This document shows, one piece after another, positions 50,308 to 64,000 of a stretch of DNA of 64,000 bases. The DNA is from the human T2T-CHM13v2.0 reference genome, Homo sapiens. The translations under genes and the position numbers were made by a program. Location of the stretch: assembly GCF_009914755.1 (NCBI RefSeq), contig NC_060925.1. One strand, 5' to 3'. Under the pieces are notes generated by a model that searched no databases, was not told the DNA's origin, and was given only the letters and a program-made list of their open reading frames with translations. Numbering within the stretch: position 1 is the first letter of the stretch; each line of letters begins with the position of its first letter.

Positions 50308-50340
50308 CCACCACCTGGTGGCACTATGCCTGAATTGCAG
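50308..50340 (-). promoter_or_regulatory. Candidate CTCF site with upstream module
   Basis: Minus strand CTGCAATTCAGGCATAGTGCCACCAGGTGGTGG. Confidence 0.55.
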
Positions 50341-50663
50341 GGGCAACTCCTAAGCGTCAACTCTCCTCCCCTTCAACTTGATGACTAAAATTGATTTTCA
50401 AAAAAGTAGCTAATTGGGTGTCATCTGTGTGACAAATCCCTAAAGTAGTCCCTCATCAGATCCCGCTTGAGAGCAGCATTTGCAGGAGGGCTTGTGGGGT
50501 TGCAGATGGGGTCAGTGGAAATGGAACAGAATTAATGGGATACACAGACCTAGTCAGAAGCCTCATTGTGCCTGAGCTTTATTCCTCTATCCCTGTGGTG
50601 AAGCTGGTGTTGGCTGTTCACTCTGTGGTGCAATTCTGGCTCCAAAATAGACTGTCTCTCTCT

Positions 50664-50954
50664 CTTTTTTTTTTTTTAGACGGAGTTTCGCTCGTTGCCC
50701 AGACTGGAGTGCAATGGCGCGATCTTGGCTCAACGCAACCTCCGCCTCCGGGTTTAAGCAATTCTCCTGCCTCAGCCTCCCGAGTAGCTGGGATTACAGG
50801 CATGTGCCACCACACGCAGCTAATTTTGTATTTTTAGTAGAGACGGGGTTTCTCCATGTTGGTCAGGCCAGTCTCGAACTTCCGACTTCGGGTGATCTGC
50901 CCGCCTCGGCCTCCCAAAGTGCTGGGATTACAGGCTTGAGCCACTGTGTTTGGC
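50664..50954 (-). mobile_element. AluSp
   Basis: TTTCTCCATGTTGGTCAGG (Sp-type); TSD GACTGTCTCT. Confidence 0.93.
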
Positions 50955-52160
50955 TCTGGACTGTCTCTTTAAAAGTCCTTCTGGTTGTAACTGAAGCAGT
51001 AACTGAAGCAGCCGCTGAAGCTGTTACCAGGGGCAACCTGGCAAGCCATAGTGCATTAAATTAAATTAAACAGGCTTGTGACTGCCCCCTCCCCTCCTGG
51101 AGAAGGGAGGGGGTATTCCCCCTCTATCCTGGAGAATAAAGTTGCTGTGAAACCTCTTATGGCTGCAAGGAATTCAGTTACAGAGTTTATGACTCCCAGA
51201 GGCAAGATGTTTGGAGGCAGCCTGGGAGGAGGCTCACAGGACTTCTGCCAGAAGAGGAGTATTTACAGTGAACCTGCCTGGGGTGGGTGGCCTCCGGTCA
51301 GGACACCCCCACCTTTCTCTCATTCGATCCTTATCACAATCCCGTGGGCTGGGGATTCCGTGGTCTATGAGAGAGGCTGGCCAGCGTGTGAGTCCAGGTT
51401 TATGCTAGAGGAGCTTACATTAGGCTGCTGTTCTGTAGCAGATTCATGGGAGGGAACTAGGCGAGGCCCATGTTGACCCTAAAATGAAATTTGTAGACCC
51501 TGGTATGAGCTGAAGGTGAGCATGAGAGACAGACCTCAGGTGAGGTGTTCTCAGCACACCTCCCAGCTCTTCTGAGGCCCTTGCTATTACTTTCCTCATA
51601 TTAGGGATGGGGAAACTGAGGCTGACAGAAGCAGAGGTTGCCTACTTAACCTGGTACTTCAGGCCAGGTCTCTCTGACTTCAGTGCTCTTCCCACAAGAT
51701 CTAGCTGCAAGGAGCTAGTGTTTGTACAGTGTTTACCATTTACAAAGGGCTTTCACACAGATTCCATGTGATCCTCAGAACAGCCTCATGGAATGTAAAT
51801 GGAGTATCATTACCCTCTTTGTACAGATGGGAAGACTGAGGCAAGATGCTATCTTCACAGTCACATGTCCAGTGTAACAGTCTCGACTGAAACCTGGAGA
51901 TAATGCTCTTTTGCTATATTAATAATAGCAACTTTTGAACACTTACTATGCACCAGGCACTTCATTTACATGCGTTACCCCATTAGACTTTCTCAAGGGT
52001 TACCTATGGGGTAGGGATTGTTATTCTCCCAAGTTTACAGATGAGGCAACTGTGGCACAGAGTGGTTAGGGCATGCACCCAGAGTGACACAGCTAGCAGG
52101 TAGTAGGGCTGAGAACTCTGCGAGTTAGCTCCAGAGTCTTTGCCTCCAACTACCCTAGAC

Positions 52161-52329
52161 AAGCGGTTTTCAAAGTGTGGCCCCCAGACCAGCAAGATCA
52201 GCAGCAGCACCTGGGAGTTTGATAGAAATGCAAATTCTTGACCCACTGAATCTAAAACTCTGGGGTGGGAGCCCAGCAACCTGTGTTTTAACAGGCCCCC
52301 TACTGCATGCTGAAGTTTGAGAACCATTG
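52161..52329. mobile_element. MER5A
   Basis: GCGGTTTTCAAAGTGTGG...GATAGAAATGCAAATTCT...AAGTTTGAGAACCATTG. Confidence 0.85.
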
Positions 52330-55300
52330 CACAAGGCTCTCACTGTACTACCCTAAGGTGGAGCAAAAATGGGCTAGAAGATTTGTCTCTTTTTTAGTGA
52401 GTAAAAGGATCAGAAATTGTGATCCTCAGGGAAGGCTGAAGATCGAAGCTCCTGTGGGCTGGGTGAGGAAGCAAAAAAGGTTAGTGACCCGACAGAAACT
52501 GCAGGAAATGGTAGGATTAGGATAAGCCATTACCAGAGTAGGTATGTCTTAACTCGGGTGGGGTACAAGGTTGGATATCAGCATCCCATTTACTTCAAAA
52601 GATGGCCCCAAAAGAAGGAAATGTTGGGGAGCTTGGCTATTTTAAGTTATTCCAAGAGAAGATCTTTCACTACCCCAATGACTTACAATATATATGCATT
52701 TGAATAGGCTATACAGACACCTTGCTTGTTCTTAAGGAAAATATTTGCCTTGTATTTTGAACTTTGCCCCTGATGACAGGCTGTCCTCTAGATTCAGAGT
52801 CAGTTCCTGAAAGCTGACTAATTTTCTTTCTGGGGAGGAGGAATGACAAACAGGAAAGAGAATGAACATTTCTCCAGTGTCACTGGGCTCCTCAGTGCAT
52901 CATGGCACTGGGTTCTCACAGCAGCCTCAGAAGGTATAATGCATCTTCCTCCTTTTACAGATCAGGAAACAGAGACTACAGAAAAAGCCACCGGCCCAGC
53001 CCCATAGCCCAGGGCAGAAGTGCCAGGATTCAAGTTCAGATCTGCCTCCCTCCAATGCCCCTGTTGTTTCCACCTCATCATGCTGACTCTGTGAAGGCTG
53101 ACACTGCAGAAATAAAAGTCACAAGGTGGCAGGCCTGTGGATATGTCCTTCCTGCACAACTGGAATGTCCTCTGTGATGACACAGAGCAGCCTTTCTGCT
53201 CCTGCACACCGAGCCCCGCCCCACCTGGCCCCAGCCTGCCGCCTGTGGGCCATAGTACAAGACAGGCAGGGAAGGGGGTTGCTCTTCCCCACACCCAGCT
53301 GTGGGTGGTGATGCTCTTGTGCTCCTGCCTTGTCAGGTGTGGGGAGGAAACAGAAGATGAGATTGGAATCCCACCCCTGCCTCTCACTCCTCTAGGGGTC
53401 CTGGAGAGCCCACTGGCGTGGCTCAGCTTCTACATCTGCAAACAGGGGTGACCCCATGTGGCCTGCCTGCATCATAGGCATGTTGGCTGAGGTGGTATGC
53501 GCACAGGTGGAGGGAATTTGGGACTTGGGTGTTAGGCCATGGAAACAAATATTTGGCCCTGTCTTGGGCTCCCTGGACAGTTCCCTGCAGATTTTAAGCT
53601 TTGAGCGGCTCCCTGCTGCCACCTCCTTTCTGGTCCTAGGTCTGTCATGCAAACACAGGCCTTGTGAGTCAGCTTTGCTCTGTGCTGGGTCCCAGACTTG
53701 CTGGCCTGTGTTGAGCCACTTCTCTGTTTCATTGTCCCTAGTGAGAGGGCCATTCCCTATCTGGTCCAGCGTCCAAATCCAACTCTAGCACCGGTAGTAG
53801 CTGAGTGGGTCTGCAGAAGTCTCTTACCCTCTGCAGTAACAACAGTGATGCCTGAATTTTCTCAGCTCCTCCCGTGGGTCTGTGCTGTGCTGCACTCTCA
53901 CATACATCATCTTTTCTCCTGTAAAAGAGGTGGTTGGGCTGGATGATGCTAAAATCAGCTTTCTCTCTGGGCTTCTGTATCTATGAGGAGGAGGGTACCC
54001 AGCTCTCAAACTTCCCAGCTAAGTGGGGAGAGAAGCCAGTAGCAAACTTAGAGGGCACTGATATGCAAAGGTGAGCACCCCAAGACCACATAAGGCTGGA
54101 GCCAGACCCTTAGGAAAGCTGTCTCTCCTCCTGGGCTTTGATGTCCCATAGACCTGAGTTCAGTTCCTGTCAGCCACACGTGCCCTTGGGCAAGACACAA
54201 CGCCTCTCTGTGCCTTAGTTTGCTGTCTATAGAATGGGGTTAATGGATTTGCCAGCATTTCTGTGATGATCAAATGAGATAATCGATGAAAAGCACTTGT
54301 GCGCACAGTGCCTGGGATATCATCCAGCTTCATCTACCTCCTCATGGAGCTGAACCAAATCAAACCACTCAGAATTGTGGAGTCGTGTGTGTGTGCGCGT
54401 GTGTGTGTCTGTGCGCGTGCGCACGTGTGGACACGCATGCGTGCATACCAGGGATCCTGGGCTTGCTGACCTATGACACTCTCTTGGGCCTTCCCGCCAG
54501 GTCCCCACCCCGCTGGGCGCAGTGATGGATTGGAATGCCCACACCTTTGTTTGTGAGGCTGGCCACCTCCCTCCCCAGCCGCCTCAGCTGGCTGGTGAAG
54601 TATGGACAGCCCCGTGTGCACTGGGCCTACCTGGGCAAGTCCCTTCCCCTCCCTGAGTCTGTTATGCCCGGGGTGCAAGGGGGAATCACAATACCTGGCG
54701 GTGTGTCTGTGAGGTCTGAATAAAAATTAAATGCGCAAAGGCAGGTAAGATCCTGAGCTCAGTGCCCGGTGCACAGACACCATTGCGGGTGTGGTTCCTG
54801 TCATTACTCAGGGCCTGCCCTGGTGTGTATGTGACTGCATGTGTTTGTGTTAAAGCACCAGTGTTTTGGGAAAAGGAGAAGAAAATAACATAACTGAGTT
54901 GGCTTGGGACAGGGATTTTTTTTTAATCTTAGACAATAAATAGGGATTTTATTTTAAAAAGGGATTTATTTTATTTTAAAAAATAGGGATTTTAAAGACA
55001 GAATCCAGTTATTCGACTAAATTAAACAATGGTTGCAAACTCCTCTTGGGTGTTCAGCTCTACGTCAGACATTGAGGAGGGTGGATGGGGAAGAGAGAGA
55101 AAAGCCCAAGACAGAATGCCCACACTCTAGGGGCAAGAAAGAAACCATGTGGGGGTAAGCCAGAGGTTGGGAAGGCTCTATTGAAGAGCAGTGGTGAAGT
55201 GCTGTGGGCCAGGGCAGGCAGGGAGAAGCCCCAGGCAGGACCTTATGTGCCCCTGCCTGGTGCTTTTCATGTTTTCTCAATCCTCACAGGAATCATGTGA

Positions 55301-55571
55301 GGTTCACGTTAGAATCCCATTTTACAGAGGAGGAAACTGAGGCTCAGAGGAATAAAGACTTGCCTGTAGCCAGCTAGTGATGGAGGCAGAATTCTCACCT
55401 GGTCTAACTCCAAAGCTTATGCTCTTAATAGCTACTTAATCTAGAGATTTGCTACCAAGGGTCCATCTGTGAGTGTATATGTGTGTAAGAGATGGCGTGT
55501 GTATACACGTGTGTATATTTAGAGGGTTGATGGGAGGAGGAGGGGAGTGATCAAAGCGATCTGCCTCCTCA

Positions 55572-55949
<378 letters not shown>

Positions 55950-58649
55950 TTACGGGCTGAATGATTAACTTTTATAATGTTTTCTTTTATAATTTATTAT
56001 TATTGTTATTATTTTGTAGTTTAGGTTAGCAGATGAGCAGCTGTTCACAGTTCTTCAGCAGCTCTTTGTCCTTTGAGGTCCAGAGGCTCTTCCCCACCTG
56101 GGAGGGTCCCAGCCCCACAAGGATGGAAAATCTCTCGCTGCAGGGGGTCCCTCCTCCTCCTCCTTTCCTGGCCTGACTCTGACTTCACCTTCTACCTCAT
56201 CCTCCCCAGTCTCTGGACACATGGAAACCCACCCACCTCCTCTCTCTCCATACTCCTCTGCCTTAGATTTCCAGGAGTACGCCTGCGAGGGGTCTCCCCT
56301 CACCATCCTGCTCGCCATCTGCATTATACCCCATTTCTCTGAACTCTCCAGAAAGAGCAAAGGCTGTGCAGTCAACCAGGGTGGCATGGATTTAGCTGCC
56401 ATTTACTAGCTCTGTGACCCTGGGAAAGCCTCATTCCTTGCCCCAGTTCAGCTGGCACTCAAGCCCCCGTGCTCTGCAGGCCCCACCATGGGGCCTTTGC
56501 ATGCACCATGCTCCTGCTGGGTGTGTCCCCCCTCATTCCTGCCTGGGAACTCCTGCTGAAGGGGAGTGTTCCCTCTCTGCCTCAGTCACTCCCACTTTAT
56601 CCACAGGGCCCGGACTTTCCAGGTCACTGTTGATACCAACCTTTGGTCCCCATATCCCCAGAGTGTACTTTCATTGTCAGCCCCTGGGGCCCTGTTTTTG
56701 GTTCAGAAAGTGTGACCTCTGGGTGTACAGTACTTAGAGATGATTGCCAATGACACAGGCCTGTGATGAATGCCTGTGTCCTCAGCCAGTGGTAGACACG
56801 TCTCTGATTTGTCCCTTTGGACCATTCCCAGAAGAGGGGCTCAGGTAAGCATAGTTAATGAAGAAGCAAATGTTTGCTTCTCCTTTTGTTCAAGGGCTTC
56901 TTAGAGGCAGGGACTTCTTAAAAACAGAGCCTGGCACACAGTAGGTGTTCAATAAATGTTAAAATGCTCAGTAAATGCCTCTCAGACATGCCCAGAATTT
57001 TCCAGTTTATGGGCATTTTTACTCTCATCATTTGTTGCATAATCCCAATAAACCTGGAGCTGATCAATGTTTATGAAGCAGGAACTCAGGCAAGTCACAA
57101 GAGACGACAAGTGACTTGTCCACAGCCACACAGCAAAATAATAACAGAACTAGGTGCTCAGAACGAAACCTCTGACTCTAAAAGTGATGCAACCATCATT
57201 ATTGTCATCCTGCCTGCAACTATTTCTTGAGCACCTACTCTGCCAGGTGCTTTAGAAGCATGATGTCATCTAATCCTCAGATGATAAATAGGGTCTCCAA
57301 ATCCCAAACTCTCTCTGGAGGTTTGTGTAGGGGGCTGACCACAGCTGCTCTGTGCAGAACTGTGGAGCAGCTGCTGGGCCATGCCCCAGGACACAGCACA
57401 GGGTTGGCAGCCACACCCCCATGAAGCAATCGGCTCCCTCCCTGGAGTGCTGGGCACCCTGCTTAGCACTCTCTCATCTGGATGTTCACTCACTGGGGAA
57501 TCCCCACTGTGGCCGTGTTCCCAGAGAGGGAAGAGCCAGCCTCTGATAGCTACCCCTGAATCACTGCTTTCCTGCTCACCTCCTCCAGGAAGGCTTCCCC
57601 CAGTGAACGGCCTCCTAAGAGCAGGAAAGTGCCTCAGAGACCATGTAGCCCCTGCTTCCTGCACCCCTTTCACAGATGAAGAAACCACAGCCCAGGGAGA
57701 AGAAGGCCCCACTGTGGGTAGTGTTGCAGCTGAGACAAGAACCTAGGCCTCCTGGCTCCTAGCCCAGGGCTCTTCAGGCCCCTCTCTGCTGCCATGACCT
57801 GCTGTCATGACCGCATTCAACACATCAATCTTGGTTGTGCCTTCCACTGAAGGTAGCCTGGCATTCAGGGCCACAGGCTCAGGACTGAAACAAGAGACCT
57901 GGGTTCTTGTTGACCTCATGCAATCAGTGGTCATGTCTACACCCAGCTTAGGAGCAGAGGAAGCTCTCCCAGCCGGGGAGAGGGAGGGGTCATCTGTGAC
58001 CCTGCTCATCCCTGTGCAGGCTCTTTCTAGGTGCTTTACAAATATTAACTGTTAATTATGACATCAACCAAGTGAGGGATGTCCCTGTTTTACAGATGAC
58101 AAAGCCTATGACATATGTAACATTACTATCTCCATCTTACAGGGAGGGGAAAGGAGCTTGGTGGTGCTAAGCACTGATTTGAAGTGAGTGAGCACGGGGG
58201 AGCTGGAATTTGGATCCAGACCATCTAACCCAGGGTCAGCTCTCTTAACCCCTACCCTGCATGCTGTCCTTAAGTCAGGTCCATGCCCTACAACCTGTAC
58301 TTTCTGAGGTCTTGACTCTCACATCTTCTCTTACTGAAGCCATGATCATTCATGGAAAAGGCACTGAGGGGAGTGTGCGGAGCCTTTGTGAAGGGAGCTG
58401 TGCTTCCCTGTGCTCCCTTCACATGGAGGTGAGGGGGAGAGAAGAGGTGGGAATGTGCCCAAGTTTCTGGCAGGATGCCTGACTGTGCCTTTTACTTAGG
58501 TGGGTGTGCACAGGCGCAGGAACAGGCACTTGCTGGGAGGAGCAAGGTAAGAAGGATGAATTGTCCAGGTTGGGCTTGTGCTGTTTCCAAAAGAGAGGCT
58601 TGGGCAGGCAGTCCCACTAGGAAGCGGTTCCACTCCCAGGAGAGAGCTA

Positions 58650-59720
<1,071 letters not shown>

Positions 59721-60539
59721 ACTGAGGCTCAAGAGGAGGAAGAGAACTTGCCCAGGTCACAGAGCTGGGGCGTACCCAAGTAGGTAGACCTGGAACCCCA
59801 GTTTGCTGAAGGCCGGGCCCTTCCTCCAGGGGCGCTGCTCCGCCCTGTCTGCTTGAGCTGAGTCAGGACTGGCCGTTCTAGCTGCGGCAGCCACCCTTAC
59901 TCCTGCCGCTGTCCCATCCTCTCTGCAGGTCCTCAGTGCTTTTCCTCTGAATGGAGCCTGCCACCTCCCTCCTCTCTTTTTGGGCCATTATTTATGAGGC
60001 TTCCTTCCTGGGATTTCTCTGCGCCCTCTCTGCTCAGCAGTGAGCTCCTGTGCAAAGACTATGGGCTGCATGTGCTGGTTCTAATCCTGCTTCTCCAACC
60101 CTAATAAACTATGACCTGCCACACTTTCCTCACCTGTGACATGAGGATGACAATCCTTCCGCATTTATCAGGTAAGCCTGATAAATGGCCACTCTGGATA
60201 AATGTCAGCTCCCACTCCTCCAGCTTGGTTCCCATCCCATCTTGCACTCCACCTGTGGTCCCAGTTTTCTTGCTTTGGCAAATGTCCCTCCCAGGTCTAG
60301 AGTGGTCCCCTAACCTCTAGCCTGGAGGCTGGGTGGCAGTGCTCCCTGCTGCAGGGGCCAGTTCCTCCCGCTCTTCTTTCCACCTGGGCCTGGCTCCTGC
60401 CATCCCTGTTGTTTCATCTTGACAGACAGATGAAATATATATCTAGATGAAATCTAGATAGACTATCTATGAAGATATAGATGTAAATATTTATATTTCA
60501 TATAGATGAAATATCTATGTATTTCAAGATGAAGCAACA

Positions 60540-60770
60540 CAGACCAGCATTTCAAAAGAGGAAATAAAGCCAATTAGTAAACTTGAAAAAATATTTGACA
60601 TTAGCAAAAAAAAAAAAATAGTTAAATTAAAACAACATCCTGGTGCCATGTTTCACCTGTCAATTTTTAAATATAAAATTAATTTTAATAATTTTTAATT
60701 GAAAATTTTGCTATAAATTGCTGGTGATCCTGTGATAAAACTCGTTCTCTCACCTGCTTGAGAGTATCAG
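60540..60770 (+). mobile_element. Old L1 (L1M-type) fragment
   Basis: A-rich degenerate ORF2-end-like sequence (AAATTAAAACAACA...CATGTTTCACCT). Confidence 0.5.
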
Positions 60771-60781
60771 GGGTGGATTCA

Positions 60782-61859
<1,078 letters not shown>

Positions 61860-64000
61860 GGGTTTGGCTTTTGATTTGACTCTGAAAAAGATGAGTAAGA
61901 GAGTTGGGTGGGAAGGGTAGGTTGGTGGGGAGCGCATATCATCAGCAGCAAAGGTATGAAAAAGCTAGAGGTTCTCCAGGGGAGGGTGTGTCCTAGGGAC
62001 AGAGCAGCCTTGTGGCTGGAGGTTACAGAGCATGGGGCAGAGATGGCAGGAGATGAGGACTGAAGGCAGGGGCCACAGCCCTATCACAGAGGCCCAAGTC
62101 CTGACTGAGAAGCTTGACTTGACTCCACTGACACAACAGTGGCTCTGGAGTCTGGACGGGTTAAACAGTCTTGCAGCCAGGGAGCTCTCCAATGTGCTTA
62201 TGAGTCCCATATTCATGGTGTGACCCTATGCCTCACGAGATGTGACCAGGGCAAGTTATTCTCCCCATCTGAGCCTTAGTTTCCTCTTGTGTACAATGAG
62301 GGTGCAATGGTGCCTATAAAAGAAAATGGGTGAGATGCTAGACAAGGAAGCTGCTGTGATGGGAAACTTTGGGCTGACCAGGGCAGGCGGCCTTGCTGCA
62401 GAGCTGACTCATTTGGCCTGTTCTGGCTTTCCTGGCAGCCACGACTCCCAGCCCAGTGGACCTTGGCTTATAGCCTTTGGTCACTCCTCCATGAGTCCTA
62501 GAGCCGTGGGGCTCAGGCCAGAAGAGAAGCAGCAATATAGCTGCAGGCATGTCTGGGCCACCCTGAGAATACCCAAGCAGACCCAGGGCTGGCTGAAGTG
62601 CACAGGACTGGAGAGTGTGCACATCCACACCTTGTTGACACCTCAAAACAGCCTTTCCAGGAAGCCACAGTCATAGGTCCATGTCACAGAAGAGGAAATC
62701 AAAGTTGGCAAGGGTAACTTGCCCAAGGTCAGCACCCAGGAAGTGGCAGAGCCAGATTTAAATGTGTCTTTGAGGATTTATGTGTTATTGGGTAGTTTGA
62801 CCAGATGCATGTATTCATTCCCTTGTCATTCAACAAATATTTCCTGAACATTTACTATGTGCTAGATGCTGCACCAGGAGGAAATGAGACAAGTGTCTGT
62901 CCTCAGGCCTCTGTAAAGGTCTCTAACCAAGGGCTGGGAATGACCTCCAATTGAGCTCCTGCTGTGTGCCAAGAGTATTACCTAAATCAGGTCATTTCAT
63001 CCTCACAGCAGCCTGGGAGATAGAGACGATTACTTTCATTTTATAGAATGAAACTGATAATGCTGTGACTCAGAGAAAGAAGTGACTTGCTCAAGATCCC
63101 ACGGCTGGGAAGGGCAGAGTCTGCTTAGATGACCCAGGCTTTCCGTTCTGTGCATGTTCCTGAGGCCTGCCACCTCTGACCATCAGCTCAGTGGTGCAGC
63201 GCAGACGCTCTGCCAGCAGTGGCCCGCCAGGCCTGGAGCCTAAGGGTCCAGCTCTCAGCTGTGCTGGGGAGCCACACTTCTTATCTAACTACCAGCTTGG
63301 GATGTCAGAAGGGCATTGGGTGGGGCCTGGCAGAAGACCCACTGTGCCTCTGGTCCAGGTTCACCATGGGCTGGAAGCAGGGCCTCTGGTACAACCTACG
63401 CCTCTCTGGCTTCAATCCTGTCACCATGGAATGGGGTATGGATCTCTGCCCCACCTTTGCCTAAGATCCTTGGGAAGATCACAAGCCATCGTGAGAGAAA
63501 TTAGACAATCTCAGAGCATGGCTGTGGAGCACTGGTTGGGGGGTAAAGAAGGAGGGAAGAGAGAGCTGACTATGCCCTGTGTGGGGTACATACCCTCAAT
63601 TCCTTTCTTTACTTGGAAAGTCATCCATATGCTTCAATGTTGAGTTTGGAATTCTCCTCCAAGAAGTCTTCCCTGACCTACCTACCCACAGGCTGGGTCA
63701 GAGGCCTCCCTCTCTCATAGACCTGACCATAGTATGTGGTCATTGCTTCCCCCATTATTTTCAGGGCAGGGACCACATCTGGGTCCCAGTCATTCTGCAC
63801 TGTGTCTGCCCAGAGTGGGTGCCAGGGACGTCTAGGGGCCGGTTGAGTCCTGACTACCCCTGCAGCTTTGCCCAGCCCTCCACCCTCTGGCTCTCCTTGC
63901 CCTTTCCCCCTTACTTCTGCTCCCCTGACTCCCAAAGTGGAGAAGGAGCTGGGATGTCATTTGCCCAAGGCGGCCCTCTCTGTGGGCCTCAGTTTCCCAT

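Noticed and set aside
54911-54997. AGGGATTTT(ATTTTAAAAA) repeated 3-4 times
   Set aside because: Degenerate AT-rich minisatellite with no unique spacers; not CRISPR-like.
63191-64000. Possible start of the next gene and a 150-aa ORF at 63191-63643
   Set aside because: No recognisable protein, CpG island or supported exon within the window.

Overview
Human (primate) euchromatic DNA rich in Alu, MIR and L2 repeats. Gene content and order match chr1p32.3. From the left: the probable end of the TTC4 3'UTR (+, 1-~885, assigned by synteny only); the complete PARS2 gene (-, non-coding exon 1 at ~22686-22745 plus one exon holding the whole 475-aa CDS, 15959-17386); and the complete TTC22 gene (-, 7 coding exons rebuilt by hand into a 569-aa TPR protein, 39466-59384). 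The rest is Alu, MIR, L2, L1, MaLR/ERVL LTRs and hAT/mariner MITEs, many with visible target-site duplications (TSDs). Nearly all other ORFs in the track are noise. Main observations: (1) TTC22 aligns motif-by-motif, by eye, with IFIT antiviral RNA-binding proteins over most of its length, including the Arg equivalent to IFIT5 R186, and has an IRF-like element at its promoter; (2) a 1.5-kb GC-rich retrocopy-like insert of unidentified parent is nested in an Alu tail inside a MIR; (3) there are several local templated-duplication scars, including a 31-bp copy of the TTC22 5'UTR inside an upstream L1 and a 125-bp inverted duplication; (4) a (GCT)10 tract appears to have grown from an Alu TSD. 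No CRISPR array, tRNA or rRNA gene was seen. All alignments were done by eye and repeat subfamily names are approximate.
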